Positions 1 through 9,191 are shown, counted from the stretch's first letter. The stretch is DNA of 47,071 bases from a virus (IMGVR_UViG_3300009788_000146:1-47071); one strand, 5' to 3'. Notes: generated from the sequence alone by a model not told the origin. A program made the numbers and translations.

Positions 1-210
1 ATCCCCCCCTTTGCTTCTCCCAAATTAATATCAGAGTGATAGAACGTATTGGGTGTTGGTTTTTCCTTTTTTTTTATATCTTTTTTTTTTTTTTTTTTTT
101 GTTTATTTACTACAGAACTACAAACCCAGCACCCCTTCGGAAGGAATTTGGGGCAAGGCAGGCGGGGTGAGTTCGCTGGCCTCATTAGCCTCATAGCCTC
201 GGTGGGTTCA
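1..210. repeat. Left terminal element: C-rich/CCCAAAT...GGGTGTTGG unit, poly-T tract, inverted copy of the unit, GCCTCAT/GGGTTCA short repeats
   Basis: 1-60 resembles 46959-47020 in direct orientation. 120-168 is an inverted degenerate copy. T-tract at 60-100. Confidence 0.7.
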
Positions 211-233
211 CAATAGAATAGAGGCATCATGTC

Positions 234-258
234 CCTACGGTTAAATATTATACATAGG
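234..258. promoter_or_regulatory. 25-bp palindromic motif, copy 1
   Basis: CCTACGGTTAAATATTATACATAGG. Confidence 0.85.
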
Positions 259-301
259 AGGGTAGAGATTCTAAGTTCATTTGACTCTTGGAAGTAATAA
301 G

Positions 302-454
302 TTACATAAATGTTCTATAATGCTTATATATCCATATACCTGTTATAGATTGTTGTTCGTACTCGTTTAATTGATTAGTGCAATCATGTTCACTTTCTCC
401 TAGAATATATAAATCTTTTCCTGTGATAAACTGTACACGCATAATAAAGTCCAT
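302..454 (-). CDS. Small early protein, 50 aa (MDFIMRVQF...), not in ORF track
   Basis: Hand-translated. GGAGG RBS upstream of ATG. Confidence 0.6.
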   Translation of the reverse strand: MDFIMRVQFITGKDLYILGESEHDCTNQLNEYEQQSITGIWIYKHYRTFM

Positions 455-468
455 GTCGTTACCTCCAA

Positions 469-1038
469 GAGTTTCCAAGAGTCATTAATACCTCTGCTGC
501 CCTGATATCCTGCCGTGTAATACCTAGTCCTTGTTCAGCAGACCTTGTGCCGTATCCTCATCGACACCTAAGGTCTCCATGATAAATGCCATCCGTTGAC
601 TGTCGTCCATTTTCTTGAAGGCAGACTTGCCTCTTGCTTCAGCATTGTACTCCCGGCCTTCAGACTCAAAGTCTACTGCCACGTCAAATACGATAGTACC
701 CAAGTCAGCAGCCTTGACATCCTTGGCAGACTCAGCAACAGTACCTTCCTTGATCAGATCCGCCTCACGTTCTCGCAGCAACGCTTGTGCTTTAACCCTC
801 ACAGATGAACCACCGCTTGCTAGCTCAATAGCCGTCTCGAAGTCCACGTTGGTGTAGTCCAGTTGGATGTTAACGAAGTATTTGTGGGAGTCAGGTAGCT
901 TTGAAAGATTTCCACCAGCAACCGACATACATTCGATAGTAACGATCTTCTCTAAACGGGATTGTGTAGCCATGATATGCTCCTTAGCTATGTTAGTTGA
1001 TTGATAGCATCAGAGGCATTAATGACCCTTAGAATCTC
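469..1038. repeat. 32-bp inverted repeat pair (469-500 / 1007-1038) enclosing ORF 524-973
   Basis: 27/32 complementary. 3 of the 5 mismatches become G.U pairs in the minus-strand RNA. Confidence 0.85.
524..973 (-). CDS. Early hypothetical protein, 149 aa
   Basis: AAGGAG RBS. C-terminal helix resembles that of 37204-37599. Confidence 0.8.
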   Translation of the reverse strand: MATQSRLEKIVTIECMSVAGGNLSKLPDSHKYFVNIQLDYTNVDFETAIELASGGSSVRVKAQALLREREADLIKEGTVAESAKDVKAADLGTIVFDVAVDFESEGREYNAEARGKSAFKKMDDSQRMAFIMETLGVDEDTAQGLLNKD

Positions 1039-1303
1039 AATACATTGAGTGCTTTATAGTAGGGCTATAATAGTTATTTAAGTTGCTTACGCATCCAGTT
1101 CATTAGTTCCTCATAGCCGCCATCAGGTAGTGTGCCACTTGCCTCTAGCCCGCAAATATAACCCGTGACCCAACCTAAATCATTATCACTGCCTAGTTCC
1201 TGTTGCATTTCCTCAAAGTACGCCAATGTTTCCTGTACACTTGTTTGTGTAGTCATAATAGGAGCCTTTCCTGATAGCCCTATTATAAAACCCTCAATGT
1301 ATT
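1039..1303. repeat. 30-bp inverted repeat pair (1039-1068 / 1274-1303) enclosing ORF 1074-1256
   Basis: 27/30 complementary. Directly abuts the previous repeat arm. Confidence 0.85.
1074..1256 (-). CDS. Small early hypothetical protein (likely start MTTQTSV, 60 aa; ORF track extends to 1349)
   Basis: AAAGG upstream of internal ATG. This shorter ORF fits inside the inverted repeat. Confidence 0.6.
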   Translation of the reverse strand: MTTQTSVQETLAYFEEMQQELGSDNDLGWVTGYICGLEASGTLPDGGYEELMNWMRKQLK

Positions 1304-1459
1304 TCTCAGGTACCCACATTGCCAAGCCGGTTACATGCCGGTCACTCATCAGGTGGGATTATTCCGGGTTGAATGGATACGTGGCCCGGCCTCAACGATG
1401 TCAATGAACCTGTTAGCAATGATTAGTAAGGTTGCAATCCCTTCGTTCAATGTGTCCCC

Positions 1460-1488
1460 ATTAAACCATAAGAGCCGGTGTTTGTCCA
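1460..1488 (-). promoter_or_regulatory. Leftward sigma70-type (early) promoter
   Basis: TGGACA-17 bp-TTTAAT with extended TG on the minus strand. Confidence 0.6.
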
Positions 1489-1713
1489 GGAGAATCGAAT
1501 AACCTCAATGATTACGCGGGCTTAGGCTGTGCCAGTGCCAAAGGGCCAATGGGGGTATAAGGTGCTATTCATGTACTATTTGACGCACTAATAAAAGTTA
1601 TGTAGAATTTCAATCCCCCAAAAAGCCCCAAATGCCGCCACTGATATGAGAATAGTAATCGAGATAGAAATTTTTTTTTAAACATATACAGGGTTTGTTA
1701 GTTGCCAAGGATC

Positions 1714-1738
1714 ACTACGGTTAAAATTTAAACATAGC
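1714..1738. promoter_or_regulatory. 25-bp palindromic motif, copy 2
   Basis: ACTACGGTTAAAATTTAAACATAGC, between the divergent promoters. Confidence 0.8.
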
Positions 1739-1792
1739 AGCAAAGCTCCTAAGAGGCTTATCCTGTCTTATGCGATTCTCCAAATTTAATTC

Positions 1793-1821
1793 TTGACAAG
1801 TTGCTGTCCGTCTGGTATAAC
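1793..1821 (+). promoter_or_regulatory. Rightward sigma70-type promoter of the packaging/structural arm
   Basis: TTGACA-17 bp-TATAAC with extended TG. AGGAG RBS follows. Confidence 0.75.
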
Positions 1822-1844
1822 TGTCTGTATAGGAGACTTTTATT

Positions 1845-2429
1845 ATGGATGAAGAGATTGTACAAACTAAAGGCTCTGAGGACTTCTGTGAGAACTCAGC
1901 CGGTAAGATGTTAGACCAACGTCGCAGAACTGCTAATGCGCCTAAGAAGGGTTTTGAACCTGTGCAGATGTGGGATAGGTATCAGGAGATTGCTAGGCGT
2001 ATCTTCTTAGGGCAAAAGAACACAGCTATTGCAAATGACCTAGACCTGACTCCGCAGACTGTTAGCTATGTGCGGAATTCAGAGATGGTTCAAGAGAAGC
2101 TGAAGGGGATGCAGTTAGCTGCTGATAAAGATGCAGTTAATATCTCCTCCAGGATTAAGGAACTTGCTCCGGCTGCGCTTAAGTTATTGGAGACAGCTAT
2201 TACTGACGGCAAGGTGGATAATGAAACTATACCCGGGCCACTAAGATTGGCTCATGCAGAGAAGCTGCTCGATAGAGCTGGCCATGCTGCTCCGAAGGAA
2301 GTAAGGAATCTGAACCTTCATGGACATTTCAATGCAGAAGACATAGAGGGAATTAAGCAACGTGCTATTGGCCGCGCTATGGAGTCTGCTATAGTTGTTG
2401 AGGCTGAAGTAGTGGAGCCGGAGGGATGA
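1845..2429 (+). CDS. HTH DNA-binding protein, probable terminase small subunit
   Basis: N-terminal HTH (NTAIANDLDLTPQTVSYV), helical middle, ...LLDRAGH... C-terminus. First gene of the packaging arm. Confidence 0.6.
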   Translation: MDEEIVQTKGSEDFCENSAGKMLDQRRRTANAPKKGFEPVQMWDRYQEIARRIFLGQKNTAIANDLDLTPQTVSYVRNSEMVQEKLKGMQLAADKDAVNISSRIKELAPAALKLLETAITDGKVDNETIPGPLRLAHAEKLLDRAGHAAPKEVRNLNLHGHFNAEDIEGIKQRAIGRAMESAIVVEAEVVEPEG

Positions 2430-2800
2430 GTATGAAAGCTAAGTTTCGCTTGCAGTTAGTGATCGCAGTGACAGTGCTTTTATCTGCTGTTGCGTCCTTA
2501 GTATACGCCGGACCACCTCAGGCCTTGGTTCAGAACTCCAATGTTCTGATATGGGCAATAGGTGTGATGGCCACAGCCTTTGGTTCTGTCAACGTGTTTC
2601 TCGGCTTCTTTCTCCGCCGATACGTCACACAGAACGATATGCTTATCAAGAAGCTATTCGAACACCGTGAGACAGATCACGATAGCATTACCACACTAAC
2701 GACTCAGTTCAAATGTCTCGTTGGCAGGAAGCGTCCTTGTGAGAATTGCGATGCTCTTACACGTGGTGAAGTAAAAGAGATCGTTCAGGATGTATCATAA
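2426..2800 (+). CDS. Membrane protein with two hydrophobic segments, holin-like
   Basis: Hydrophobic stretches at about aa 8-28 and 40-63, followed by a soluble tail. Confidence 0.45.
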   Translation: MSMKAKFRLQLVIAVTVLLSAVASLVYAGPPQALVQNSNVLIWAIGVMATAFGSVNVFLGFFLRRYVTQNDMLIKKLFEHRETDHDSITTLTTQFKCLVGRKRPCENCDALTRGEVKEIVQDVS

Positions 2801-2825
2801 CCTACGGTTAAACTTTAACGGAAGG
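2801..2825. promoter_or_regulatory. 25-bp palindromic motif, copy 3
   Basis: CCTACGGTTAAACTTTAACGGAAGG, between a stop codon and the lipase start. Confidence 0.9.
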
Positions 2826-2833
2826 GACTCAGG

Positions 2834-3532
2834 ATGTACTCAGATAAGTTAGCATATCATTTGGCCTATTTTTCACGTGAAGCTTACACTGACCATCCTG
2901 GTATTATCACTAGAGGCTCAACGCAAGTTCGTATTATCAAGGAATGGGATCGCGTGATCATAGCCTTTAGAGGAACCGAGTCTGATGAGCTTGTAGACTG
3001 GCTGACAGACCTGAATATCCTGAAAGAGCAGTTCCACGGTAAGAGCTGTCATAGCGGCTTTGTGCAAGCATATAGAGATATCTGCCTTCCTATTCGGCGC
3101 GAATTACGGGGCGTCCCAGAGAGCATTCCAGTCTACATTACTGGTCACTCTTTGGGAGCGGCGTTAGCTACCTTGTGCGCCTTTGACTTCTGGACGAAAG
3201 GTCGCCGTGTGGATGGGGTATATACTTATGGCTCTCCACGAGTTGGTGGTAAAGGCTTTAGGAACGCATACAGGAAGCATCTTAGTTCTATCACCTTCCG
3301 CCATGTGAATCATGTAGATATGGTTTGCAAGGTGCCTACTCTCCTGAGATGGCGTCACGTGGGTAAGATGGTTTACTTTGATCGACTTGGCAGACATGCT
3401 AAAGGCCCTTCTTATTGGGAACAGTTCATTGAGACCCTCAAGACCTTAGGGAAGTTTAAAGCCTCTGAGCTGTTCAAAGATCATAATATAAATGACTACA
3501 TGCGCTTGATTCAGGATAACTTTAAACTGTAA
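2834..3532 (+). CDS. Class 3 lipase (alpha/beta hydrolase)
   Basis: IAFRGTE, HSGF, GHSLG nucleophile elbow, YTYGSPRVG, D-x-V-x-x-VP, and C-terminal DH-x-x-x-x-Y. Confidence 0.9.
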   Translation: MYSDKLAYHLAYFSREAYTDHPGIITRGSTQVRIIKEWDRVIIAFRGTESDELVDWLTDLNILKEQFHGKSCHSGFVQAYRDICLPIRRELRGVPESIPVYITGHSLGAALATLCAFDFWTKGRRVDGVYTYGSPRVGGKGFRNAYRKHLSSITFRHVNHVDMVCKVPTLLRWRHVGKMVYFDRLGRHAKGPSYWEQFIETLKTLGKFKASELFKDHNINDYMRLIQDNFKL

Positions 3533-3543
3533 AGGAACACGTT

Positions 3544-4416
3544 ATGAAAACGCTCTTTAAGGTACTTGTTAGTTTGTTGATCGTCTTGGGATTGGGTTTC
3601 CCTACATATGGCATGAGGGTAGATAACCCTGACGGGAATATGGTGCAGTTCCCGGTTCTCGAGGATGGGGCTGTGCCTACGTTGTGGCAAGACAATACTG
3701 CGCCAACTATGATTGTCCCTTTGAATCAAGTAGGGAATACTACAACCCTATCAGTTGTCGGCGCTATTGATGATCGTTCAGTTACAGTAACATCTGTTAC
3801 AGGTTTTGACGCTGGCGACTTTATCGTTATTGCTGATGCTATTGGAAACCGCTACTACACAGGGCAACAGATTGGGGCAGTGGCAGGTAGTGTTGTATCA
3901 GTGCATCCCCCGCTAGATTTTGCCTACCCTATTGGCGCGACGATTACTGCTGGAATAGTTAACATGGCTGTCGATGGGAGTTCTACTCCTCAAGTATTTA
4001 GCTTACGTGCATCAGATCCTGGGCTGCCTTTAATCGTTGATGTAACCCGAATTATCTTTCTAGGCCTTTCAGCCGCAGCTAATGACTTAACTACTTTTGG
4101 TGACGATGCAGCTTTAACCTACGGCATCCTTTTAAGGCATGTCAACGGCACTACAATGAACCTCTTCACTGCGCAAACTAATGGTGACTTAGCCAGTATG
4201 ATGTTCGACTTTGATATTCATGCAGCTACAAATCCTCAACAAGGGGTGGACGGTTTCTTAGGCCGCATGACTTTTGCAGGCGCTAACAAAATGGGTGCGG
4301 CTCTCAGAGTGGGGCCTGATGAAGATATTCAGTTGATTATCTATGACAACATAACGACTGCCTTTACGTTCTTCACTGTTATAGTTGAGGGACATGTGGT
4401 AGTACCCACTCAATAG
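3544..4416 (+). CDS. Beta-rich hypothetical protein with N-terminal signal peptide
   Basis: MKTLFKVLVSLLIVLGLGFPTYG, followed by a G/T/V-rich body. Confidence 0.7.
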   Translation: MKTLFKVLVSLLIVLGLGFPTYGMRVDNPDGNMVQFPVLEDGAVPTLWQDNTAPTMIVPLNQVGNTTTLSVVGAIDDRSVTVTSVTGFDAGDFIVIADAIGNRYYTGQQIGAVAGSVVSVHPPLDFAYPIGATITAGIVNMAVDGSSTPQVFSLRASDPGLPLIVDVTRIIFLGLSAAANDLTTFGDDAALTYGILLRHVNGTTMNLFTAQTNGDLASMMFDFDIHAATNPQQGVDGFLGRMTFAGANKMGAALRVGPDEDIQLIIYDNITTAFTFFTVIVEGHVVVPTQ

Positions 4417-4504
4417 AAAACGGGAACTATTTTTAAAGACTGGTTGCATAGATACATATACTGTGTTATGATGAATCTTGATAAACAACTTGTAGGAGAG
4501 CTGT

Positions 4505-5977
4505 ATGGCGGATATTAGATCCGATGAAATACTGGATATTATGGCTGACTGTTCTGTCTCGATGAAGAAGACAGCAGAGGTCATATTTCCAGATAGGGTC
4601 GAACGTCCCTTTACAAGCATCCACGAAGTTATCTTCGATCTGATGAATGACGATTCGAAGCAAAAAGTGTGCATAGCTGCGCCTAGGGGATTTGGTAAGA
4701 CCACTCTAGGGACTATCATCTACCCTGCGCAGAAGATTCTTTTTCAACAGAAGAAGTTCATCATGCCAGTCTCGGCTACTGCCAGTTCGGCCATTGAGCA
4801 GTCGGAGAATCTGAAGCTGGAACTGATTTCTAATGTTGACATCATCAATCTCTTTGGGCCTATGAAGGCTACGTACAACTGGTCGAAGGAAGCTTGGACA
4901 ACTGCTAATGGTGTAAGGGTGTTGCCACGAGGTGCAGGACAGCAGGTTCGTGGAAAGCTATTTGGCCGTACAAGACCCGACCTCATTATCATTGATGATC
5001 TTGAGACAACGGAAGGTACCGACTCTGAAGAGCAGCGGAAGAAGCTGAAGACTTGGTTCTATTCTGACCTTTGCAACTGCGTCGATCGTAGTAGGAAAGA
5101 TTGGAAGATCATTATCATCGGTACTGTACTGCATGAAGACTCTTTGATTGTTGAGTTATTGGAAGATCCCTCATGGGACTCCGTTAGACTTGAGCTCTGC
5201 GACGATGATTTTAATAGTAACTGGCCAGACTTTATGTCCTCTGAGGATTGTAAAGCCCTCTACATGGAGTACAAGAAGAAAGGCCAAGCAGATGTCTTCT
5301 TCCGGGAGTATCGTAACCTCCCTATCTCAACTGAGGACGCTACGTTCAAGGCCGAGTATTTTAAAGACTACGATGAGACTGATGAGAGTTTTCGTCCAGA
5401 ACGTATGATCAATGTAGTTATCGTCGATCCTGCGAAGACTGTTCAGATGCACTCTGCTGATAGTGCGATTGTTGGCATCGGGGTGGATCGTGATAGTCAT
5501 CGAATCTATATACGGGACGTTGTCTCTGGGAAGTTTCGCCCAGATGAGTTATACGATCACATGTTTAAAATGGTAGAGAGCCTCAAGGCCACTGTATTAG
5601 CCGTTGAGGTTACTTCCCTGAATGAGTTTATTACTCAGCCGATTAAGAATGAAATGATGGCTAGGGGTGTTTACCCTAGGTTTGTTGAACTCTCTGCCCG
5701 CGCACATAAGGCAGATCGAGTTGCAGCATTGGCTCCCTTCTATCGGCTAGGTTACGTATATCACAATCCGAATGTTTGCAGTAAGTTGGAGTCACAACTG
5801 ATGTCCTTTCCCAAGTCTAAACTCTGGGATGTGATGGATGCCACTGCCTACATTGTAGAACTTATGGAAATCGAAGGTGATTACTTCCATCCTTCAGATG
5901 ATAATGATATACTGGAAGACGAAGATTACTCTTCCCTAGAGGATGAGAAACCACTGGACTTTGATTCCTATGTATAA
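4505..5977 (+). CDS. terL: Terminase large subunit
   Basis: Walker A APRGFGKT, Walker B LIIIDD, GT coupling motif, RNase H-like nuclease (VDPA, D-x-x-DA). Confidence 0.95.
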   Translation: MADIRSDEILDIMADCSVSMKKTAEVIFPDRVERPFTSIHEVIFDLMNDDSKQKVCIAAPRGFGKTTLGTIIYPAQKILFQQKKFIMPVSATASSAIEQSENLKLELISNVDIINLFGPMKATYNWSKEAWTTANGVRVLPRGAGQQVRGKLFGRTRPDLIIIDDLETTEGTDSEEQRKKLKTWFYSDLCNCVDRSRKDWKIIIIGTVLHEDSLIVELLEDPSWDSVRLELCDDDFNSNWPDFMSSEDCKALYMEYKKKGQADVFFREYRNLPISTEDATFKAEYFKDYDETDESFRPERMINVVIVDPAKTVQMHSADSAIVGIGVDRDSHRIYIRDVVSGKFRPDELYDHMFKMVESLKATVLAVEVTSLNEFITQPIKNEMMARGVYPRFVELSARAHKADRVAALAPFYRLGYVYHNPNVCSKLESQLMSFPKSKLWDVMDATAYIVELMEIEGDYFHPSDDNDILEDEDYSSLEDEKPLDFDSYV

Positions 5978-5991
5978 TATTTAACGGAAGG
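5967..5991. promoter_or_regulatory. 25-bp palindromic motif, copy 4
   Basis: CCTATGTATAATATTTAACGGAAGG, overlapping the TerL stop and the portal RBS. Confidence 0.85.
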
Positions 5992-5999
5992 AACGTTTA

Positions 6000-7958
6000 A
6001 TGCCTACTATATTGCAAGGTGAACCGGGCACTCAGATGGACACACCGGCTATGCGGGATGTGATGAGGGATGCTCAGTATGAGTACCCAGACGGTCTTCC
6101 GTTGAAGCCGGATTCTAAGCTACATAAGGATCTAGTGAGGGAGCTTCTCTCGCGTGCGCGTACCAGTTATAGCCACATGAGTAAGCGGCATACTTCATGG
6201 AGAGCGACTGATAAGACGCTGACAGCTTACATTCCTACCACTGATGAAGAGGATAGGATTAAGCGTGAAGATGTTCGGAAGCCAGTGAGTATTGTCTATC
6301 CTTATACACATGCTATTCTTGAATCTCTTCTGGGGTACATGGTAGCAGCATTTTTCCAGGAACCAATCTTTCGGTACGAAGGGCACGGACCGGACGACAT
6401 TCTCGGGAGTATACTCCTGACAAAAGCAGTTCAGTTGCAATGCGCCCGGAACAAAGTGGCCCTCTCCTTGCACACAATGTTCCGGGACTCTTTTGCTTAT
6501 GGGATAGGGATTACTGTCCCTTCTTGGAAGATACAAACAGGTAAGCGTCTAGTGAATGAGGATGTAGGCTTTGTGTCCTCTATTACAAATCGCTTTAAGA
6601 AGAATGGTACTAAGCAGATTCTACAGGATGTGACTATTAGTGAGGGTAACTCCCTGATTAATATTGACCCTTATAAGGCTCTACTTGATCCAAACGTCCC
6701 TGCTCATGAGGTTCAGAGTGGGGAATTCTTCGGATGGATTGAACATACTAATGTGATGGCTCTGCTTTCAGAAGAGCAGGAGTCTCCAGAACATATCTTC
6801 AATGTTAAGTTTGTGAAAGCAACTAAGAATCGTAAGACTGCCATCATGGACAAGGATAACTCTGATCGTGGTATTCGCTTCAGAGGTAATCCAGAAGATA
6901 GCACGAATGATACTAATCCAGTTGACGTGCTGCATATGTACGTTAATCTGATACCTAAGGATTGGGACCTAGGTGATTCGGAATACCCTGAGAAGTGGTA
7001 CTTCAAATTGGCTGGAGATAGCATCATTATTCAGGCACGTCCTACAGAGCTTAATCACGGGATGTTCCCTGTATCTATTATCGCGCCAGACTTTGATGGC
7101 TATTCCAGTACTCCGATTGCACGGCTTGAAATGCTTAGTGGGATGCAGGGTACTTTGGATTGGCTTTTCAATGTGCATATTGCTAATGTACGTAAGGCAG
7201 TGAATGATATCTTCGTTTATGACCCGTATCAGATTAACTCGAAAGACTTGGAAAATCCTCAGAATGGTTGGCTCATCAGAACTCGGAAACCTGCCTGGGG
7301 CAAAGGCGTTAAGGATTCAATCCAGCAGCTTCAAGTCAACGATGTAACTCGTCAGAATGTCGGTGACTCTAGTTGGGTCGTTCAGCTGATGGATAAGATC
7401 GGTGCTGTTGATGGAGCTATGCAAGGTTCCCTGAGACAGGGTGGCCCTGAGCGGCTCTCCAGTGCTGAATATCAAGGTACGCAACAAGCTGGCTTTTCAC
7501 GCCTTGAGAGGATGGCTAAGATTATCGGCCTTCAAGGTATGCAGGATATCGGATACCAGTTCGCTGCGCATACACAGCAGTTTGCTTCTGAGGAGTTCTA
7601 TATTAAAGTCCTTGGGGATCATGAAGCGCAGTTAACTCAGGAGTATGGTAAGAAGATTAAGAAGGGTCGGATGTTGATTGACCCTAGCGAATTGCAGGTA
7701 GGCTATGATATCCTGGTTCGTGATGGCTCTATTCCCGGTGGCAACTACTCGCAAGTTTGGGAGAAGATGTTCCAAGTTATTGCAAGTACTCCTGGCTTGG
7801 CTGAGCAGTTTGATTTGACCAGAATCTTTATGCATATAGCTCGCAACAACGGAGCTAAGAATGTTACTGACTTTATTAAGGTTCAAAGTGCGCCTGATGA
7901 ACAGGTGCTCGAACAAGCAAGGAAAGGGAACCTCGTTCCCGTGGGAGAAGAAGTCTAA
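6000..7958 (+). CDS. Portal protein
   Basis: 652 aa immediately after TerL, with podoviral portal-like features (YGIG, IDP, FP, SSAE). Confidence 0.85.
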   Translation: MPTILQGEPGTQMDTPAMRDVMRDAQYEYPDGLPLKPDSKLHKDLVRELLSRARTSYSHMSKRHTSWRATDKTLTAYIPTTDEEDRIKREDVRKPVSIVYPYTHAILESLLGYMVAAFFQEPIFRYEGHGPDDILGSILLTKAVQLQCARNKVALSLHTMFRDSFAYGIGITVPSWKIQTGKRLVNEDVGFVSSITNRFKKNGTKQILQDVTISEGNSLINIDPYKALLDPNVPAHEVQSGEFFGWIEHTNVMALLSEEQESPEHIFNVKFVKATKNRKTAIMDKDNSDRGIRFRGNPEDSTNDTNPVDVLHMYVNLIPKDWDLGDSEYPEKWYFKLAGDSIIIQARPTELNHGMFPVSIIAPDFDGYSSTPIARLEMLSGMQGTLDWLFNVHIANVRKAVNDIFVYDPYQINSKDLENPQNGWLIRTRKPAWGKGVKDSIQQLQVNDVTRQNVGDSSWVVQLMDKIGAVDGAMQGSLRQGGPERLSSAEYQGTQQAGFSRLERMAKIIGLQGMQDIGYQFAAHTQQFASEEFYIKVLGDHEAQLTQEYGKKIKKGRMLIDPSELQVGYDILVRDGSIPGGNYSQVWEKMFQVIASTPGLAEQFDLTRIFMHIARNNGAKNVTDFIKVQSAPDEQVLEQARKGNLVPVGEEV

Positions 7959-8212
7959 TGAGTGGATTATCTGCAGCAGCATTGGAAGAGTGCATTGAGG
8001 GTGCTTTTTGGAAAGAACTGAAGGCTTCGATAGAGGGTTGGATTCCTGACTTACAAATTATTTTAGAAGACCCTGAGCACACTGTGACGGATAAAGAAGC
8101 AGACCGTGCTAGGGGTTCTTTGGAGGCTATTCGGAATTTGCTGATTGAGCCTAAGTTGATGCTGGAAACTAAGCAAGCACAAGAGAAGCAAGGAGATGAA
8201 GATGGGGACTGA
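7958..8212 (+). CDS. Small head-module protein
   Basis: Translationally coupled to portal. Typical small helical gene between portal and scaffold. Confidence 0.7.
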   Translation: MSGLSAAALEECIEGAFWKELKASIEGWIPDLQIILEDPEHTVTDKEADRARGSLEAIRNLLIEPKLMLETKQAQEKQGDEDGD

Positions 8213-9191
8213 CGAAGAGTTGGAAGCAGAAGAGCAGCAAGCAGTGGTTGATAAAGGTACTATCGCCGCTGACGTAGCTGACTTTTTTAGCGAAGAGATT
8301 CCTGAGCACTTTAAGGAGGACTTGGAGGATTTTGTAGAAGAGTCCTTCCAGCTTCCAGAAGTGGAAGAAGAGGAAGTAGATGACGGAACAGCACCTAAGG
8401 TTGAGAAAGATGGTGATACGCCAGAAGTTACTGATCCTCCTCCTGCGAAAGGCAAGGATGATGATCCTCCTCCAGAGCCGAAATTAGATAGTGAAGGTAA
8501 GCCTATTGTTCCTGCAGTGAAGGATGAGGTTACTCCTGCTCCTGCAGAAGGTGATGTTGACCCTACTGTTAAAGCTCTACAGGATCAGGTAGCTACTTTG
8601 CTGGAGAAGGTCGAATCTCTTCAAGGTGCGGCTCCGGCAGCTCCTGCGGCTGAAGCTGATGGCGAGACACCTACTACACCTGCCAGTAATACCTTGGCTG
8701 CTGCTGAGCTTTACGACTTCGTTGGCGATGCAGATTTGGATACCATCCTTTCGAGTAAGGACGATTTTAATAAGTTCCTCTCGAATGTTGTGAACAGTAC
8801 GATAAACACCACTACGGAGAACATCTACAAGAATCTCCCTAGTGCAGTATCGAGTCAAGTGACTCAGCAAAATGGATTGAAAGCTATAGTAGATGAGTTT
8901 TACGAAGCGAATGCGGATCTACTTCCGGTGCGGAAGACTGTTGCGGCAGTGTCGAATGAGGTTGCTGGAGAGCATCCTGACTTCACTCTACAGCAGATCT
9001 TTGAAGAAACCGAAATACGTACTCGCAAGATGTTAGGGTTGAAGAAGGGGGAGGCTGTAGTTGAGAAGCCTGAAACCCCTGCGGCGACCCCGCCTAAGAA
9101 GCCGGCACTACCTGGAAAGCAAGGGGGACGTTCTGGCGGAGGTGGAAAGAAGTTATCGGTACAAGATCGGCACATATCTGATGTGCTGTAA
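8196..9191 (+). CDS. Capsid scaffolding protein
   Basis: Acidic, Pro-rich, low-complexity protein with a basic C-tail, directly before the MCP. Confidence 0.75.
   Translation: MKMGTDEELEAEEQQAVVDKGTIAADVADFFSEEIPEHFKEDLEDFVEESFQLPEVEEEEVDDGTAPKVEKDGDTPEVTDPPPAKGKDDDPPPEPKLDSEGKPIVPAVKDEVTPAPAEGDVDPTVKALQDQVATLLEKVESLQGAAPAAPAAEADGETPTTPASNTLAAAELYDFVGDADLDTILSSKDDFNKFLSNVVNSTINTTTENIYKNLPSAVSSQVTQQNGLKAIVDEFYEANADLLPVRKTVAAVSNEVAGEHPDFTLQQIFEETEIRTRKMLGLKKGEAVVEKPETPAATPPKKPALPGKQGGRSGGGGKKLSVQDRHISDVL

Noticed and set aside
1-100. Contig ends as an exact direct terminal repeat or circular overlap
   Set aside because: The two ends are similar but clearly diverged, so circularity is not proven by the sequence.
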